64,000 nt of DNA from Octopus sinensis. Lineage: Eukaryota. Every line of letters starts with the position of its first letter. Position 1 is the stretch's first letter. A model generated the notes under the pieces. It worked only from the letters and a program-made list of their open reading frames with translations. It was not told the origin of the DNA and made no database searches. Position numbers and translations under genes: made by a program. This document shows positions 52,495 through 64,000 of the stretch, piece after piece. The stretch is taken from NCBI RefSeq assembly GCF_006345805.1, contig NC_042998.1, positions 204,600,001-204,664,000 of the forward strand. The letters are read 5' to 3'.

Positions 52495-54206
52495 ATCCAA
52501 ACGATTTTATTTTTAATATTTTAAATAATTATATAGGTTTGTTTGTTTAATCGTTCCATGGGACAGAAAGTTAAATGAACATTAATTTGATTTGAACCCC
52601 AAACTGAGGGGTTTGAAGTATTTCATAAAATACTGATTATTGTTTTTATACCTTGGTCCTTCAACTTCTTGATGGAATCATAGAAGTGTTATTGTGACCT
52701 AGTTTAGGTATTTTTCTTAATGCTTACAGGGGCCCCTCCCCCCTCCCAGGTCTGACCAAAGAGAGAGAGAGAAATGAAGTGTCAGACATGTACTTTATCA
52801 AATGACACCCTGGAAGGGTGAAAGGCAAACTTGAGCTCATTGAGATTTGAACTCAAAGTGGAGAGAACCAGAACAAATATCACAAACCAATCACTCTGAC
52901 ACTTCTTCCAACTCTGTTATTGAACTGGCTTAAATAAATGACAGCACTCTATATCTGTATTGAGTACTTCTTCACCAGGTTGTTACCCAACAATGTGTGT
53001 GTGTGTGTGTGTATCATCATCAATGTCTGTCTTCCATGCTGGTATGGGTTTGTCAGTTTGATGGGAGCTGGCAAACCAGAGGGTTATTCCAGGCTCCAGC
53101 TGTCTATTTTGGCATGGTTCTATGGTTTCTATGCATTTCCTTATGCCAACCACTTTACAGAGTGTACTGGGTACTTTGTACTCACTCACACACATTCAAA
53201 CTTTACTCGTTTTAATAGTAAAAACAAACTCAAGCTCCACTCACATCAAGAAAACATGTCTCCCATTAAACGTGTGGCACTCACCAAGTTCTCTCTATCA
53301 CTGAAGTTCTTTTCTGGCAAAAGTACAACCACAGAATCCCATCACAAAACCCACTCCTTCTCTTCAGAAGAGACAAAAAATACTTCAGTCCCCCCAACAG
53401 CTTCTGACACTCAACAAGTACCACTCCCATTTCTGAGGTGATGCTGCTCCTACGTACACACAGATGTCTTGAAGCACATCCAAAGAAGGGCCACTTGTTG
53501 ACTGATTGACCATCTATCATGATTAGATATGCCACTCTGTGGACCATTGGCATGATGTCTCCTCTCCTTGTCTTTTCTACCACTACTGTAATGGCCTCTG
53601 TTCCTCACAGCCGCTCGGCTGTCACCTTTTCCACTCAACTTAGTCCTGACCAACCCATCTTTCTACCCCATTGTTCATGGTGCATCCAACTATCTTCCTG
53701 CCCTACATTAACCATTATGCCCAGTCCTTTCTCCCCACTAAAGGTCATCCCTCTGAAATCTTCTCCTTGCTTATGTCTTTTCTGCAAATATTAACCAACA
53801 ACACATTAGATGGAACAGTAATTGCACTAAGTTTTAATGATCTCAGACTCACGAAAATAATTAGGGACAATGCCCCTTAATTTAGAGTTAAAAAGAGTAA
53901 AAGCCCTCATTCAGTTTAAATTCTTGTTCTGATCTCCCATCATAAAGCAAGTTCCATTGTGCAGAGCCCCTGACACAATTCCCAGTGGGAGCCTTTTCAC
54001 TTCATTTCTCTGAAATTGTTCGCATGGGAATCTTTAACATGTTGCATTTTTTCTTCCTTCTGTGTCTGTGTGTCCTTCAGAGCAGTTGTCTCCTCCATGT
54101 TTTTGCTTATTTTCTCATTAAATTTTATTGATTCGTGACACAGCATCAGGTTTCGCTCTTCCATTCTTTGTCCATTAAACACAACAGCCTACACACCATA
54201 TGCTGT

Positions 54207-54255
<49 letters not shown>

Positions 54256-54445
54256 ACAATTATATGGTTATTGGATCACTTGGTTAATGTAGATGACTGC
54301 CTACATAATAATTTCAGTGACAACATAACTAATTATATAATTAGAGCTAGAAGTCATTAATGAAACTTTAAAAAAATATGGAAAACATGGCTAACATCTA
54401 ACCACTGGTATATATTGGCTTAGTATATGGACACAGAAACACCCG

Positions 54446-54482
<37 letters not shown>

Positions 54483-55799
54483 GCGCTTATACACATTCAT
54501 ATATACCACACACACATCCATATATATGATAGTATCACATATTGACCAAACCATTGGATGTTTGTTATACATCACTGGTCACAATGCGCTCTGCATCATT
54601 TTTAGCTTTCAAATGATGTCCTTTTCTACTCTAGGCACAAGACCCAAGGTTTTGGGGGAGGGGCCAGTCGATTGGATCGACCCCAGTATGCAACTGGTAC
54701 TTAATTTATCAACCCCGAAAGGATGAAAGGCAAAGTTGACCTCGGCGATATCACCCCACTGACTAGACAAGTGTAGGCTGACATTGCCCCTAATCAGAAG
54801 GCTGACCCTTCACAAGGCTGGCCCTTCACAAGGTTACCCATTTACAGGAGCAACTTGAAATGAAGTATTTTACTTAAGGATTACAGTGCACCACCCAGTC
54901 CAGGAATTGAACCCATAATATAGCAGTCTTGAATGCAGCACCCTACCCACTGGGCATCTCCTCATAAAACCCCTGCCAAAGCTGATGCTGGGACCTGACA
55001 CGGCTCTGCTGCTCACCAAATGGGATCAAACCATCCAACGTATGCCAGCATGGTAAAACAAACACTAAATGATGGCCTTACTGTAAGTTGTCTAAATTCT
55101 AACAAAGGAATCTTGCCACTTGTGTGGAGACTGGTTCCATCTCAATGAAGAGACGGAAGCCAAAAACCAGGACACCCACATAAAGGACCTTAACTAAATA
55201 CCACAAAGGTTTATGTTTGGTGCTCTACTGATCCAACATTCCAGTATTGCCCTCATCATCATCATCATCATTATCATATGTCCATCTTCCATGCTAACAT
55301 GGGTTGCACAGCTTGGATAGGAACAGGCAAAGCCAAGAGATGCATCAGGTTTCATTTGTCTGTTTTGGCATGGTTCCTACAGATGGATTCCCTTCCTGAC
55401 ACCAACTACTATACAGAGTGTACTGAGTGGCTGTTTACGTGGAACCAGCCCCAATGCTTTTTACGTGGACCTAGCACCAGTGCTTTGTATGTGACACCAA
55501 CTCCAACAGAATCACCAAGTGCCTTGCAAGATAAAGATCATTCAACTGGGAGTGGGAGGGTAGTATTAAGGGGTGGTGTGGATTTGTACCAGTTGGGTGA
55601 TTTAAGAGGGGACAGAGATAGGTGTTTTGTTGTAGATACATGGATTCCCCACTTGGAAAAGAAATGAGTGAGCTGGAGATAGTGATAATGAGAGGGATGA
55701 TGGCAGAGATGTGTTGAGACTTGCCCTCGAGTGACATTGGGGTTGGTGAGAACAGGTGAGGTGATACAAAGGCTTGAGCTGGGTAGATAACGATACCCC

Positions 55800-56700
55800 A
55801 GTTCCTCATCATCATTTAGCATCCGTTTTCCATGCTGGCATGGGTTGGACAGTTTGACCAGAGCTGGCCCACTGGAGAGCTGCACCAGGCCCCAGTCCAA
55901 TTTGGCTTGGGTTCTACGGCTGGATGCCCTTCTTAACACCAACCGCTTTACAGAGTGTTCTGGGTGCTTTTATGTGGAACTGAAACAGGACTCTTGTGGG
56001 CCAATCCTCTTCCCCAAGGGGTGGGGCAGCCTTAACATTTCTGCTGTGGAGTACGGGTCTTCTTGAGTACAGCAAGGCGCCAGGTATCTCGGTCCTTAGT
56101 CATCTCCTTTGTAAGGCTCAATGTCTTGAGATTAGCCTTCAATACTTCCTCCTATGTCTTCCTGGGTCTCCTCCCTCTTCCACAAGGTCCATCCACTATA
56201 AGTGACTGGTACTTCTCTATGCAACTGTCCACATCCACCCACAACCAGCACAGCCTCCTCTCTTGCACACTGCATCTAATCCCTCTTCTGCCTAACTTTC
56301 CCCTCAATGCACCAATGCTCTGTTGCACATGTACACTTACATTGCACATCCAGTGGAGCATACCAGCTTCATTCCTGTCTATCCTTTGTATGTCATCTAA
56401 ATTCGGGGCCCATGTCTCCCTACCATGTAGCATTGCTGTTCATTTACATGCATCATACTGCCTTCCTTTCACTCAGAGAGAAAGACCTTTCGTTGCCAAC
56501 AGAGGTAAAAGCTCTCTGAATTCTCTCCATTCTTTTCTTATTCTAGCAATTACACTTTTTGTGCTTCCTCCCCCACAGCTAATTTGGTCACCTAGGTAGC
56601 AGAAATTATCCACTACCTTTAAAGAGCCTCTGGGGCATTTGAGAAAATCAGTTTCCCCAAGAATCTGTAGTTTTTATGGATCCTGTGCAACTTCCAAACA
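55800..56700 (-). mobile_element. RTE-clade LINE 3' end (RT C-terminus plus 3' UTR)
   Basis: VVDNFCYLGDQI...KGRQYDAC...MLHGRETW...RRLCW...GPCGRGRRPRKT. The 3' UTR ends in (gat)n and matches the family D repeats at 53010, 55250, 57195 and 63493. Confidence 0.8.
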
Positions 56701-57194
56701 CAAACCCCTTCTTTCTCTTCCCGAGTCTTTGTAGTTATAACTTTTTACTATTTCCTAATTGGTCTATTTGTACTATAGTCTTAATTGGAATAATATATTT
56801 CTGCGGTTCATTGATATTTTAAGAATTTTTCTTAGAATTTTGGATGAAATGCGACTTAGTAGGAATGGAGTCTGTTTCTCATTTATTATTCTTAGACTTT
56901 GAAATTTTGTTTGTATTTTTACCGTAAATGCCTGGATTCTTCCAACCTCAGTCTTTGATCTTATTTTGTCACTTAACAACATTATCTTTAATCAAACATT
57001 ATCTTTAATTAAACATCATTCGCAACAGATGTATTATTAGTGTCAAAAGGTAATCTTTGTATCCAACTTAACATGCACCAAGTGCCTATAAGAGAGAGAC
57101 TCTCTCAGTCTAACTAATAATGCAGGATTCAGTGCTCTAATGAGGCATCCAGGTTATGTTGGAAATAAAGATTACTTTTTAATTAAACAATTGC

Positions 57195-57510
57195 CGGTGG
57201 CACGTAAAATGCACCATTCATACGTGGCCGATGCCAGCGCCGCCTTGACTGGCTTCCGTGCCGGTGGTACGTAAAAAGCACCAACTGATCATGGCGGTTG
57301 CCAGCCTCCCCTGTCACTTGTGCCAGTGGCATGTAAAAAGCACCCACTACACTCAAGGAGTGGTTGGAAGGGCATCCAGCTGTAGAAACTCTGCCAGATC
57401 AGACTGGAGCCTGGTGCAGCCTCCTGGCTTCCCAGACCCCAGTCAACCTGTCCAACCCATGCTAGCATGGAAAACGGAGATGTTAAACGATGATGGTGAT
57501 GATGATGAAT
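57195..57510 (+). mobile_element. Family D repeat (RTE-3'-UTR-related SINE/LINE tail)
   Basis: ccggtggcacgtaaaa subrepeats, agggcatccagctgtagaaactc, ccatgctagcatggaaaacgga, (gat)n tail. Confidence 0.75.
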
Positions 57511-58074
57511 TTCCTAATTAAATTTTTAATGAGCAGACTAGTCCCATCTTCATTATTTCAACATCCACTTTTCCATGCTCAGTGTTCAGACCTGATTCAG
57601 GCAGATTTTCTATGGCTGGATGCTCTCCCTGTCACCAACCCTCGCCTGTTTTCCCAGCAAGACAATATTTCCTCATAGCCAGACAGGTTCTTGTAGAATA
57701 TCAGAAATGAACGACACTGCTTGTATGACGGACACACACACACGGCCATGTGATTTAGAAGTTCGCTTCCCCAACCACATGGCTTTGAGTTCAATCTCTC
57801 TACTATGACCATGGGCCAATCAAAGCCTTGGGAGTGAATTTTGTAGATGGAAACTGAAAGAAGCCTGTCATGTATATATGTTTGTGTGTTTTTGTTTGTC
57901 TGTTTTACAGCTGGTGTTGGTTTGTTTATGTCCCCTGTAATTTAGCTGTTCAGTAAAAGAAAGTAATGGAATAAGTACCAAACTTTCAAAGAAATACTGG
58001 GGTTGATTCGTTCAATTAAAACCCTTCAATTGGTGCTCCAGAATGGCCTCAGTCCAATGATTGAAGCAAAAGAT

Positions 58075-58123
<49 letters not shown>

Positions 58124-58158
58124 TGTGTTTATTTCTTTGTTATTCTTAAACAAGAACT

Positions 58159-58236
58159 TTGACAGTGACTCCGAAGGCCAGTTAAGCCATCATTTGACGA
58201 TGACTTAACTGGCAGAGACTTCAAAGTCACTGTCAA
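58159..58236. other. Isolated ~78-nt imperfect hairpin
   Basis: ttgacagtgact/agtcactgtcaa, gccagttaag/cttaactggc and catc/gatg around a 7-nt loop. Confidence 0.75.
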
Positions 58237-58520
58237 CAGTATATTCTTACTAAAGAATAATGAATTTGTGCTCCACCAAAGTTGAGGAATAACTCTTCAG
58301 ATTAATGTAGAATTGGTTGAGAACCTCTGATCCAAACGCCAATTAAACACACTCAGTCATCACTTCAACTTTATTATTATTTTTTCCTATATTTACAGTC
58401 CTTACTCTGACCTCCTCATCAATTCTCCATCACTTAGTGTCTCTTCCTGTCCTCTTTAGTGCAGTCTGTCTTTCTCTGGTGTCACACCACAGAAAGACAC
58501 ACTACTAAAATAATAGTAAT

Positions 58521-58928
58521 ACTCTTTTACTCTTTTACTTGTTTCAGTCATTTGACTGTGGCCATGCTGGAGCACCGCCTTTAGTCGAGCAAATCGACTC
58601 CGGGACTTATTCTTTTGTAAGCCCAGTACTTATTCTATCGGTCTCTTTTGCCGAACCGCTAAGTAATGGGGACATAAACACACCAGCATTGGTTGTCAAG
58701 CAATGCTAGGGGGACAAACACAGACACACAAACACACACGCACACACATATACATATATATACATATATACGACAGGCTTCTTTCAGTTTCCGCCTACCA
58801 AATCCACTCACAAGGCTTTGGTCGGCCCGACGCTATAGCAGAAGACACTTGCCCAAGGTGTCACGCAGTGGGACTGAACCCGGAACCATGTGGTTGGTAA
58901 GCAAGCTACTTACCACACAGCCACTCCT
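58521..58928 (-). mobile_element. Family B SINE, near full length
   Basis: Near-identical to 5821-6239. Confidence 0.88.
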
Positions 58929-59308
58929 TTTATTTTAATAATAATGATTATGATAATAATAATAAGACAGCACTTTTGTTGGGTCCAGCTCGCATTCCAA
59001 GGAGGAGAGTATTGTCTCAGAGTCAGTGGAGAAGACACTAATTGAAGCCTTTGGTGATTTGTTATTGCCTGTTTTTCTCTCTTGGGTTTTTTTAATTATT
59101 CATTCACCCCATTTTGTCGGAACCTTCCATTAGGTACGTTTCACACCTGTCCTCTATTTAAATGTAAACCTCTTGGTTGCGTAGTTCAATCAGCACCTGA
59201 TGAACGGACTTGTGTACGTGAAACTATTGGTAGCGCTTATAATACATGTGGGAGATTCTCATCACATGGAGAAGTCTTCTTGTTGGTTTTTACACAAATT
59301 AATTTCGT

Positions 59309-59746
59309 ATGTGTTGTGTGTGTATGTATATATATGTGTGTGTGTATATATGTATGTGTGTATGTATATATGTATGTGTGTATGTATATATGTGTGTGTG
59401 TGTATGTTTATATATATATATATATGTATATATGTGTGTGTATGTATATATATATGTGTGTGTGTGTATGTATGTATTTGTGTGTGTGTGTATGTTTATA
59501 TATATCTGTGTGTGTGTATGTATGTGTGTATGTATATATGTGTGTGTATGTATATATATGTGTGTGTATGTATGTATGTGTATGTATGTATGTGTGTATG
59601 TACATGTGTGTGTATGAATATATATGTGTGTGTGTGTATGTGTGTATGTATGTATGTATGTATTTGTGTGTGTGTGTATGTTTATATATATCTATGTGTG
59701 TGTGTATGTATGTGTGTATGTATATATGTGTGTGTATGTATATATA

Positions 59747-59777
<31 letters not shown>

Positions 59778-59927
59778 GTATGTACATATGTGTGTGTATG
59801 AATATATATGTGTGTGTGTATGTGTGTATGTATGTATGTATGTATATGTGTGTGTATGTATGTATTTGTGTGTGTGTGTATGTTTATATATATCTGTGTG
59901 TGTGTATGTATATATATATATATATAT
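59309..59927. repeat. Compound (GT/TA) microsatellite with ~190-200-bp higher-order repetition
   Basis: The landmark gtatttgtgtgtgtgtgtatgtttatatatatct recurs near 59475, 59660 and 59860. Confidence 0.8.
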
Positions 59928-60300
59928 AGGCGTAGGAGTGGCTGTGTGGTAAGTAGCTTGCTTACCAACCACATGGTTCCAGGTTCAGTCCCACTAGTTT
60001 TCTACTATAGCCTTGGACTGACCAAAGCCTTGTGAGTCGATTTGGTAGACAGAAACTGAAAGAAGCCCATTGTATACATATATATGTATATATTTGTGTG
60101 TGTCTGTGTTTGTCCCCCCACCATCGCTTGACAACTGATGTTGGTGTGTTTACATCCCCGTAGCCTAGCAGTTCAGCAAAAGCGACCGATAGAATAAGTA
60201 CTAGGCTTACAAAGAATAAGTCCTGGGGTTGATTTGCTCGACGAAAGGCGGTGCTCCAGCATGGCCACAGTCAAATGACTGAAACAAGTAAAAGACTAAA
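59928..60300 (+). mobile_element. Family B SINE with internal deletion
   Basis: aggcgtaggagtggctgtgtggtaagtag...ccagcatggccacagtcaaatgactgaaacaagtaaaag. Confidence 0.85.
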
Positions 60301-60315
60301 ACAAAAAGAATATAA

Positions 60316-60347
<32 letters not shown>

Positions 60348-60447
60348 GCTGGTTCCCATTCTATATTTTTCTCTTGACTGTCCAATATATATTTCCTGTG
60401 GAGAGAGCTGGGAGTGGAACATGACAACAATCTGAGTTGAGAGGGAA

Positions 60448-60493
<46 letters not shown>

Positions 60494-60618
60494 TACTGCT
60501 GAAATATTTTAAGTGAAGAATTTACTTAGTGACACCATCCACAACAAAACACAATAGTTAAGTTAATGATTTCATATTTAATGTAGTGAGGCAGTGGTTG
60601 GCTGAGAGAATTGCTTAA

Positions 60619-60839
60619 CCCTTTCATTACCATATTTATTTTGAGATGCTCTGTGTTTCTTTCAATTATTTTAGATATAATAAAGAATTTAGAAAAATAA
60701 CTTAGTTACCATTAAGCTAGTGTTAGTAATGTAAATTGTGACTAAAGTTTGGTGGAAAATTTTAATTCAGAACTTAAGAAAACAAGACATTTGTACTACA
60801 GAGCCAGAGGCGGTTTCAGCCGGGTTGGTAATGAAAGGG
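60619..60839. mobile_element. piggyBac-type MITE
   Basis: TTAA|ccctttcattacca ... tggtaatgaaaggg|TTAA: 14-bp perfect TIRs and TTAA TSD. Confidence 0.85.
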
Positions 60840-61044
60840 TTAAGCATTGGAAAAATGCCTTATAGCAGTCATTCCAGTTCTTTACACTCTGAGTTGAAAT
60901 CCTCTCAAAGTCATCTTTGCCTTTTATCCTTTTAGAGTTGATGAAATACGTACCAGTCATGAGCTGGGGGATGAAGGTATTGACTATTCCCCTCCCCTCA
61001 AAATGCTGGTCTTGTTCCAAAGCCTGGAGCCATTATTATTGTTA

Positions 61045-61404
61045 ATATTATTCTATGTTTGACCTTTGCTTTGCATTTGTACAAGTTGGCTCCAAGTCTC
61101 ACCCAGAGACCTCAAGAGACAGCAGGTTGGAAGTTCATGTTGGTGTTATGCCTAGGGTGCCATATATTTGGTTTTGTACATAGTGTTGTACTAGTGAATG
61201 TCTAAAAAGAACCATACAAAAATTGTTTGTTTTAAAACTTGAGATTACATAGAAAGTATTTTGCGTAGGATATGAGCAGTTCCCATGAGAACTATCTTTT
61301 GAATTTCTGCCATTTTGGGGTTTCCTGGTATCTGAGCTAGGTAGCAATCAGCCCCTTTTGCTATCATTCTCAGGGCACCTGTGACAACAGGTATTGTTTT
61401 AGTC

Positions 61405-61405
<1 letters not shown>
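61045..61405 (-). mobile_element. R4/Dong-like (restriction-like endonuclease) non-LTR retrotransposon 3' end abutting a (TAA)n array
   Basis: TIPVVTGALRMIAKGADCYLAQIPGNPKMAEIQKIVLMGTAHILRKILSM* resembles the R4-clade C-terminus (IP+V+GALG...LQK..+LGTA.ILRK.L); long (AAT)n upstream and short TAA repeats downstream. Confidence 0.65.
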
Positions 61406-61485
<80 letters not shown>

Positions 61486-61821
61486 GTATCTGGTTTTGTA
61501 CTCGGATTACTTCTTGATGAAGGAACTTTGAGTAACTCTCTCATCATCATCATCGTCTTCCTCTAACATCCATTTCCCATGCTAGCATATGTTGAACCCC
61601 TATTAAGCAGGTCGGAGAAGGAGTTGCTCAAACCACCCTCTACTCTCACTACCCCCACTAGACAGAGGGGGAAGATTGAGTCCCTCTCATGTCCGGACTA
61701 TTCACTGTAAGTCTAATTCGCCAAAAAAAAAAAAACAACAAACTGTGCTGACCACAGCACTGTTTCCTGGTTTCTGAAAGGAACAGAGGCCATTGGTCAA
61801 ATGTGTGACATCAAGAGGGGG

Positions 61822-62100
61822 TGTAAAAAGCTTACTTCCCAACCACATGGTTCCAGGTTCATTCCCACTGCATGGCACCTTGGGCAAGTGTCTTCTACTA
61901 TAACATCAGGCCGACCAAAGCCTTGTGAGTGGGTTTGGTAGACAGAAACTGAAAGAAGCCCATTGTATACATAGATATGTATATATATTCGTGTGTGATT
62001 GTCCCCCACCACCATCACTTAACAAACAAAGTTGGCGTGTTTATGTCCTCATAACTTAGTGGTTTGGCAAAAGAGACCAATAGACTAAGTACAAGGCTTA
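61822..62100 (+). mobile_element. Family B SINE, diverged
   Basis: aaccacatggttccaggttc...ggcaccttgggcaagtgtcttc...gaaactgaaagaagccc. Confidence 0.75.
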
Positions 62101-62249
62101 CTAAAAATAATTATTTACATTTGACAGATATTTGTCCTCATCTGATATACTCTCCAGCCTTCATCAAGTGCCTTAGAGAAATTTCGAACCTGGGTTCTCA
62201 TTCCTAAGGTATTTTTTAATATCATTATTATTATTATTGTTGTTATTAT

Positions 62250-62722
62250 TATTGAGTGAGAGAGCAGTTCATGCCATCAAAGTGACACTGAGGTAAAATA
62301 TACGAAGCCCAGTATACCCATCAAGACTACCCATCTGATAAGGGTACACTAGGCACATGCATCACAACCATATGTGCGCAACATGGTGATCTCATATCAA
62401 GATAAACAGCACATGACCTTGCAAGTGGGGCCCAGTTAGAATTTTCTTCTGATCGAGTAACCCATCCCGCTCATGAGGTCCCTGAATTAGGATTGTTTGA
62501 GGATGTTGAACGAAACACCCATGTTTCCAAAGGTGAATTATCCAAACCTCCAAGAATTCCTTTCAACACACGGCTATGATGCTCCCCCACTACTTCTGCT
62601 CGTGATCAGAGATGCACATATCGTCAGCCACTAAGGGACATGCTCAACTGGTTAAGGTCAAACAACTGACAAGCAAATCTGTGGTATTGAGCAGAATATT
62701 TGCTGTAGCCCATCTTTTTTAC
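62250..62722. repeat. Unclassified interspersed repeat flanked by ~25-bp TTA/TTG direct repeats
   Basis: Flanks attattattattgttgttattatt on both sides; homologous to 21348-21650. Confidence 0.7.
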
Positions 62723-62950
62723 CATTATTATTATTGTTGTTATTATTCAGGTCACTGCTTGGAATCGAACTCAGAATCTTGGGGTTGGTAGCCCATGCTC
62801 TTAACCACTTAAATATAGAACTGTGTTACAAAGAATAAGTCTTGTGGTTGATTTGTTTGACTAAAGGTGATGCTCCAGCATGGCCGCAGTCAAATGACTG
62901 AAACAAGTAAAAGAGTGAAAAAATAAAAGGTTTTATAAAAACATTAAATA

Positions 62951-63205
62951 ATATTCTGTTGTGTCTAGGGAGAGTAATTTTCTTTTTGTGCCTTATTATG
63001 TAACACACTCACCGGTAAAATTTCCACTTATTTCTTATTTTTATTTTCCTAAAATTTTCGCTGCATCTTGCAACCTTTTCAGTAGACATGATTATTGAAA
63101 ATTTGAGGAAAATAGAAATAAGAAATTAGTGGAAATTTTACCGGTGAGTGTGTTACACTATAAGGCAGAAAAAGAAAATGACTCTCTCCAGACACAATAG
63201 AATAT
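62951..63205. mobile_element. Foldback/MITE-like element with ~110-bp imperfect inverted arms
   Basis: atattctgttgtgtct...tgtaacacactcaccggtaaaatttccact mirrored by agtggaaattttaccggtgagtgtgttaca...agacacaatagaatat. Confidence 0.8.
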
Positions 63206-63492
63206 GCTTCAACACACAAACTCACATAAAGAATCTTGCAAACCAAATCCAAAAACGAAATTAAATATGCTTTAGCCTTGATAAATCCTCAAAGGTTTTA
63301 TAAAGCATTGAATTGGCAACATTAAGTATAAAACATTAAAATATTTGAAGATGTCTTTTCATACAAAATTTCTTACAGCAAAAATGTTTATGGTGAAATT
63401 TCCTATAACCAGTCCCTCTTTCCACTCAGCAGATAGGCCCTACCCTAACTATTAGATAGGGGTGGGGTCAGTAATTTTGAGGCATTTGCCAG

Positions 63493-63965
63493 AGCAGCCA
63501 ACTGGCTTCCGTGCTGGTGGCACGTAAAAGGGCACCATTCGAACGTAATTGTTACCAGCATCACCTTACTGGCAGTTGGGCCCGTGCTAATAGGGTGCCA
63601 AGAGCACCATTCGAGTGTGATCGTTGCCAGAACAGCCAACTGGCTCCGTGCCGATGGCACATAAAAGGGTACCATTTGAGCGTGATCGTTACCGTCACCT
63701 TACTGGCATCTGTGCCGGTGGCATGTGTAAAAAGATTTGAGCGAGGTCATTGCCAGTACCGCCTGACTGGCCCCCGTGCCGGTGGCACGTAAAAAGCACA
63801 CACTACACTCTCGGAGTGGTTGGCGTTAGGAAGGGCATCCAGCTGTAGAAACTCAGCCCGATCAAGATTGGAGCCTGGTGCGGCCATCTGGTTCGCCAGC
63901 CCTCAGTTAAAATCGTCCAACCCATGCTAGCATGGAAAGCGGACGTTTAACGATGATGATGATTC
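63493..63965 (+). mobile_element. Family D repeat with several internal subrepeats
   Basis: Repeated gtgccggtggcacgtaaaa units, aagggcatccagctgtagaaactc, ccatgctagcatggaaagcggacg, (gat)n tail. Confidence 0.8.
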
Positions 63966-64000
63966 CCTCAACTCCTATTTTGACCGTAATAATAATTAAA

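Overview
Eukaryotic, repeat-saturated, AT-rich DNA, most likely from an octopus or other coleoid cephalopod. This is inferred from recurrent tRNA-headed SINE families resembling octopus SINEs and very dense microsatellites; no database search was possible. I can support no intact host protein-coding gene, and most listed ORFs are microsatellite or SINE artefacts. Supported content: (1) a young-looking, 5'-truncated Tx1/L1-clade LINE lacking its RT core, embedded in a (TATC)n array; (2) several non-autonomous Helitron-type elements; (3) a decayed Penelope-like element (RT + GIY-YIG) and Penelope-type terminal-repeat fragments with hammerhead ribozyme motifs; (4) a mariner element whose transposase carries a 26-bp minisatellite derived from its own coding sequence; (5) RTE/BovB-like, CR1, R4/Dong-like, Gypsy and hAT remnants; (6) hAT, piggyBac, Tigger and foldback MITEs. 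The most striking structure is at 26857-28212: a near-perfect 484-bp palindrome abuts an inverted-plus-direct-repeat element containing a complete, well-paired type I hammerhead ribozyme (27908-27972). A few promoter-like patches and weak candidate exons suggest host genes may cross the window, but these are unconfirmed.
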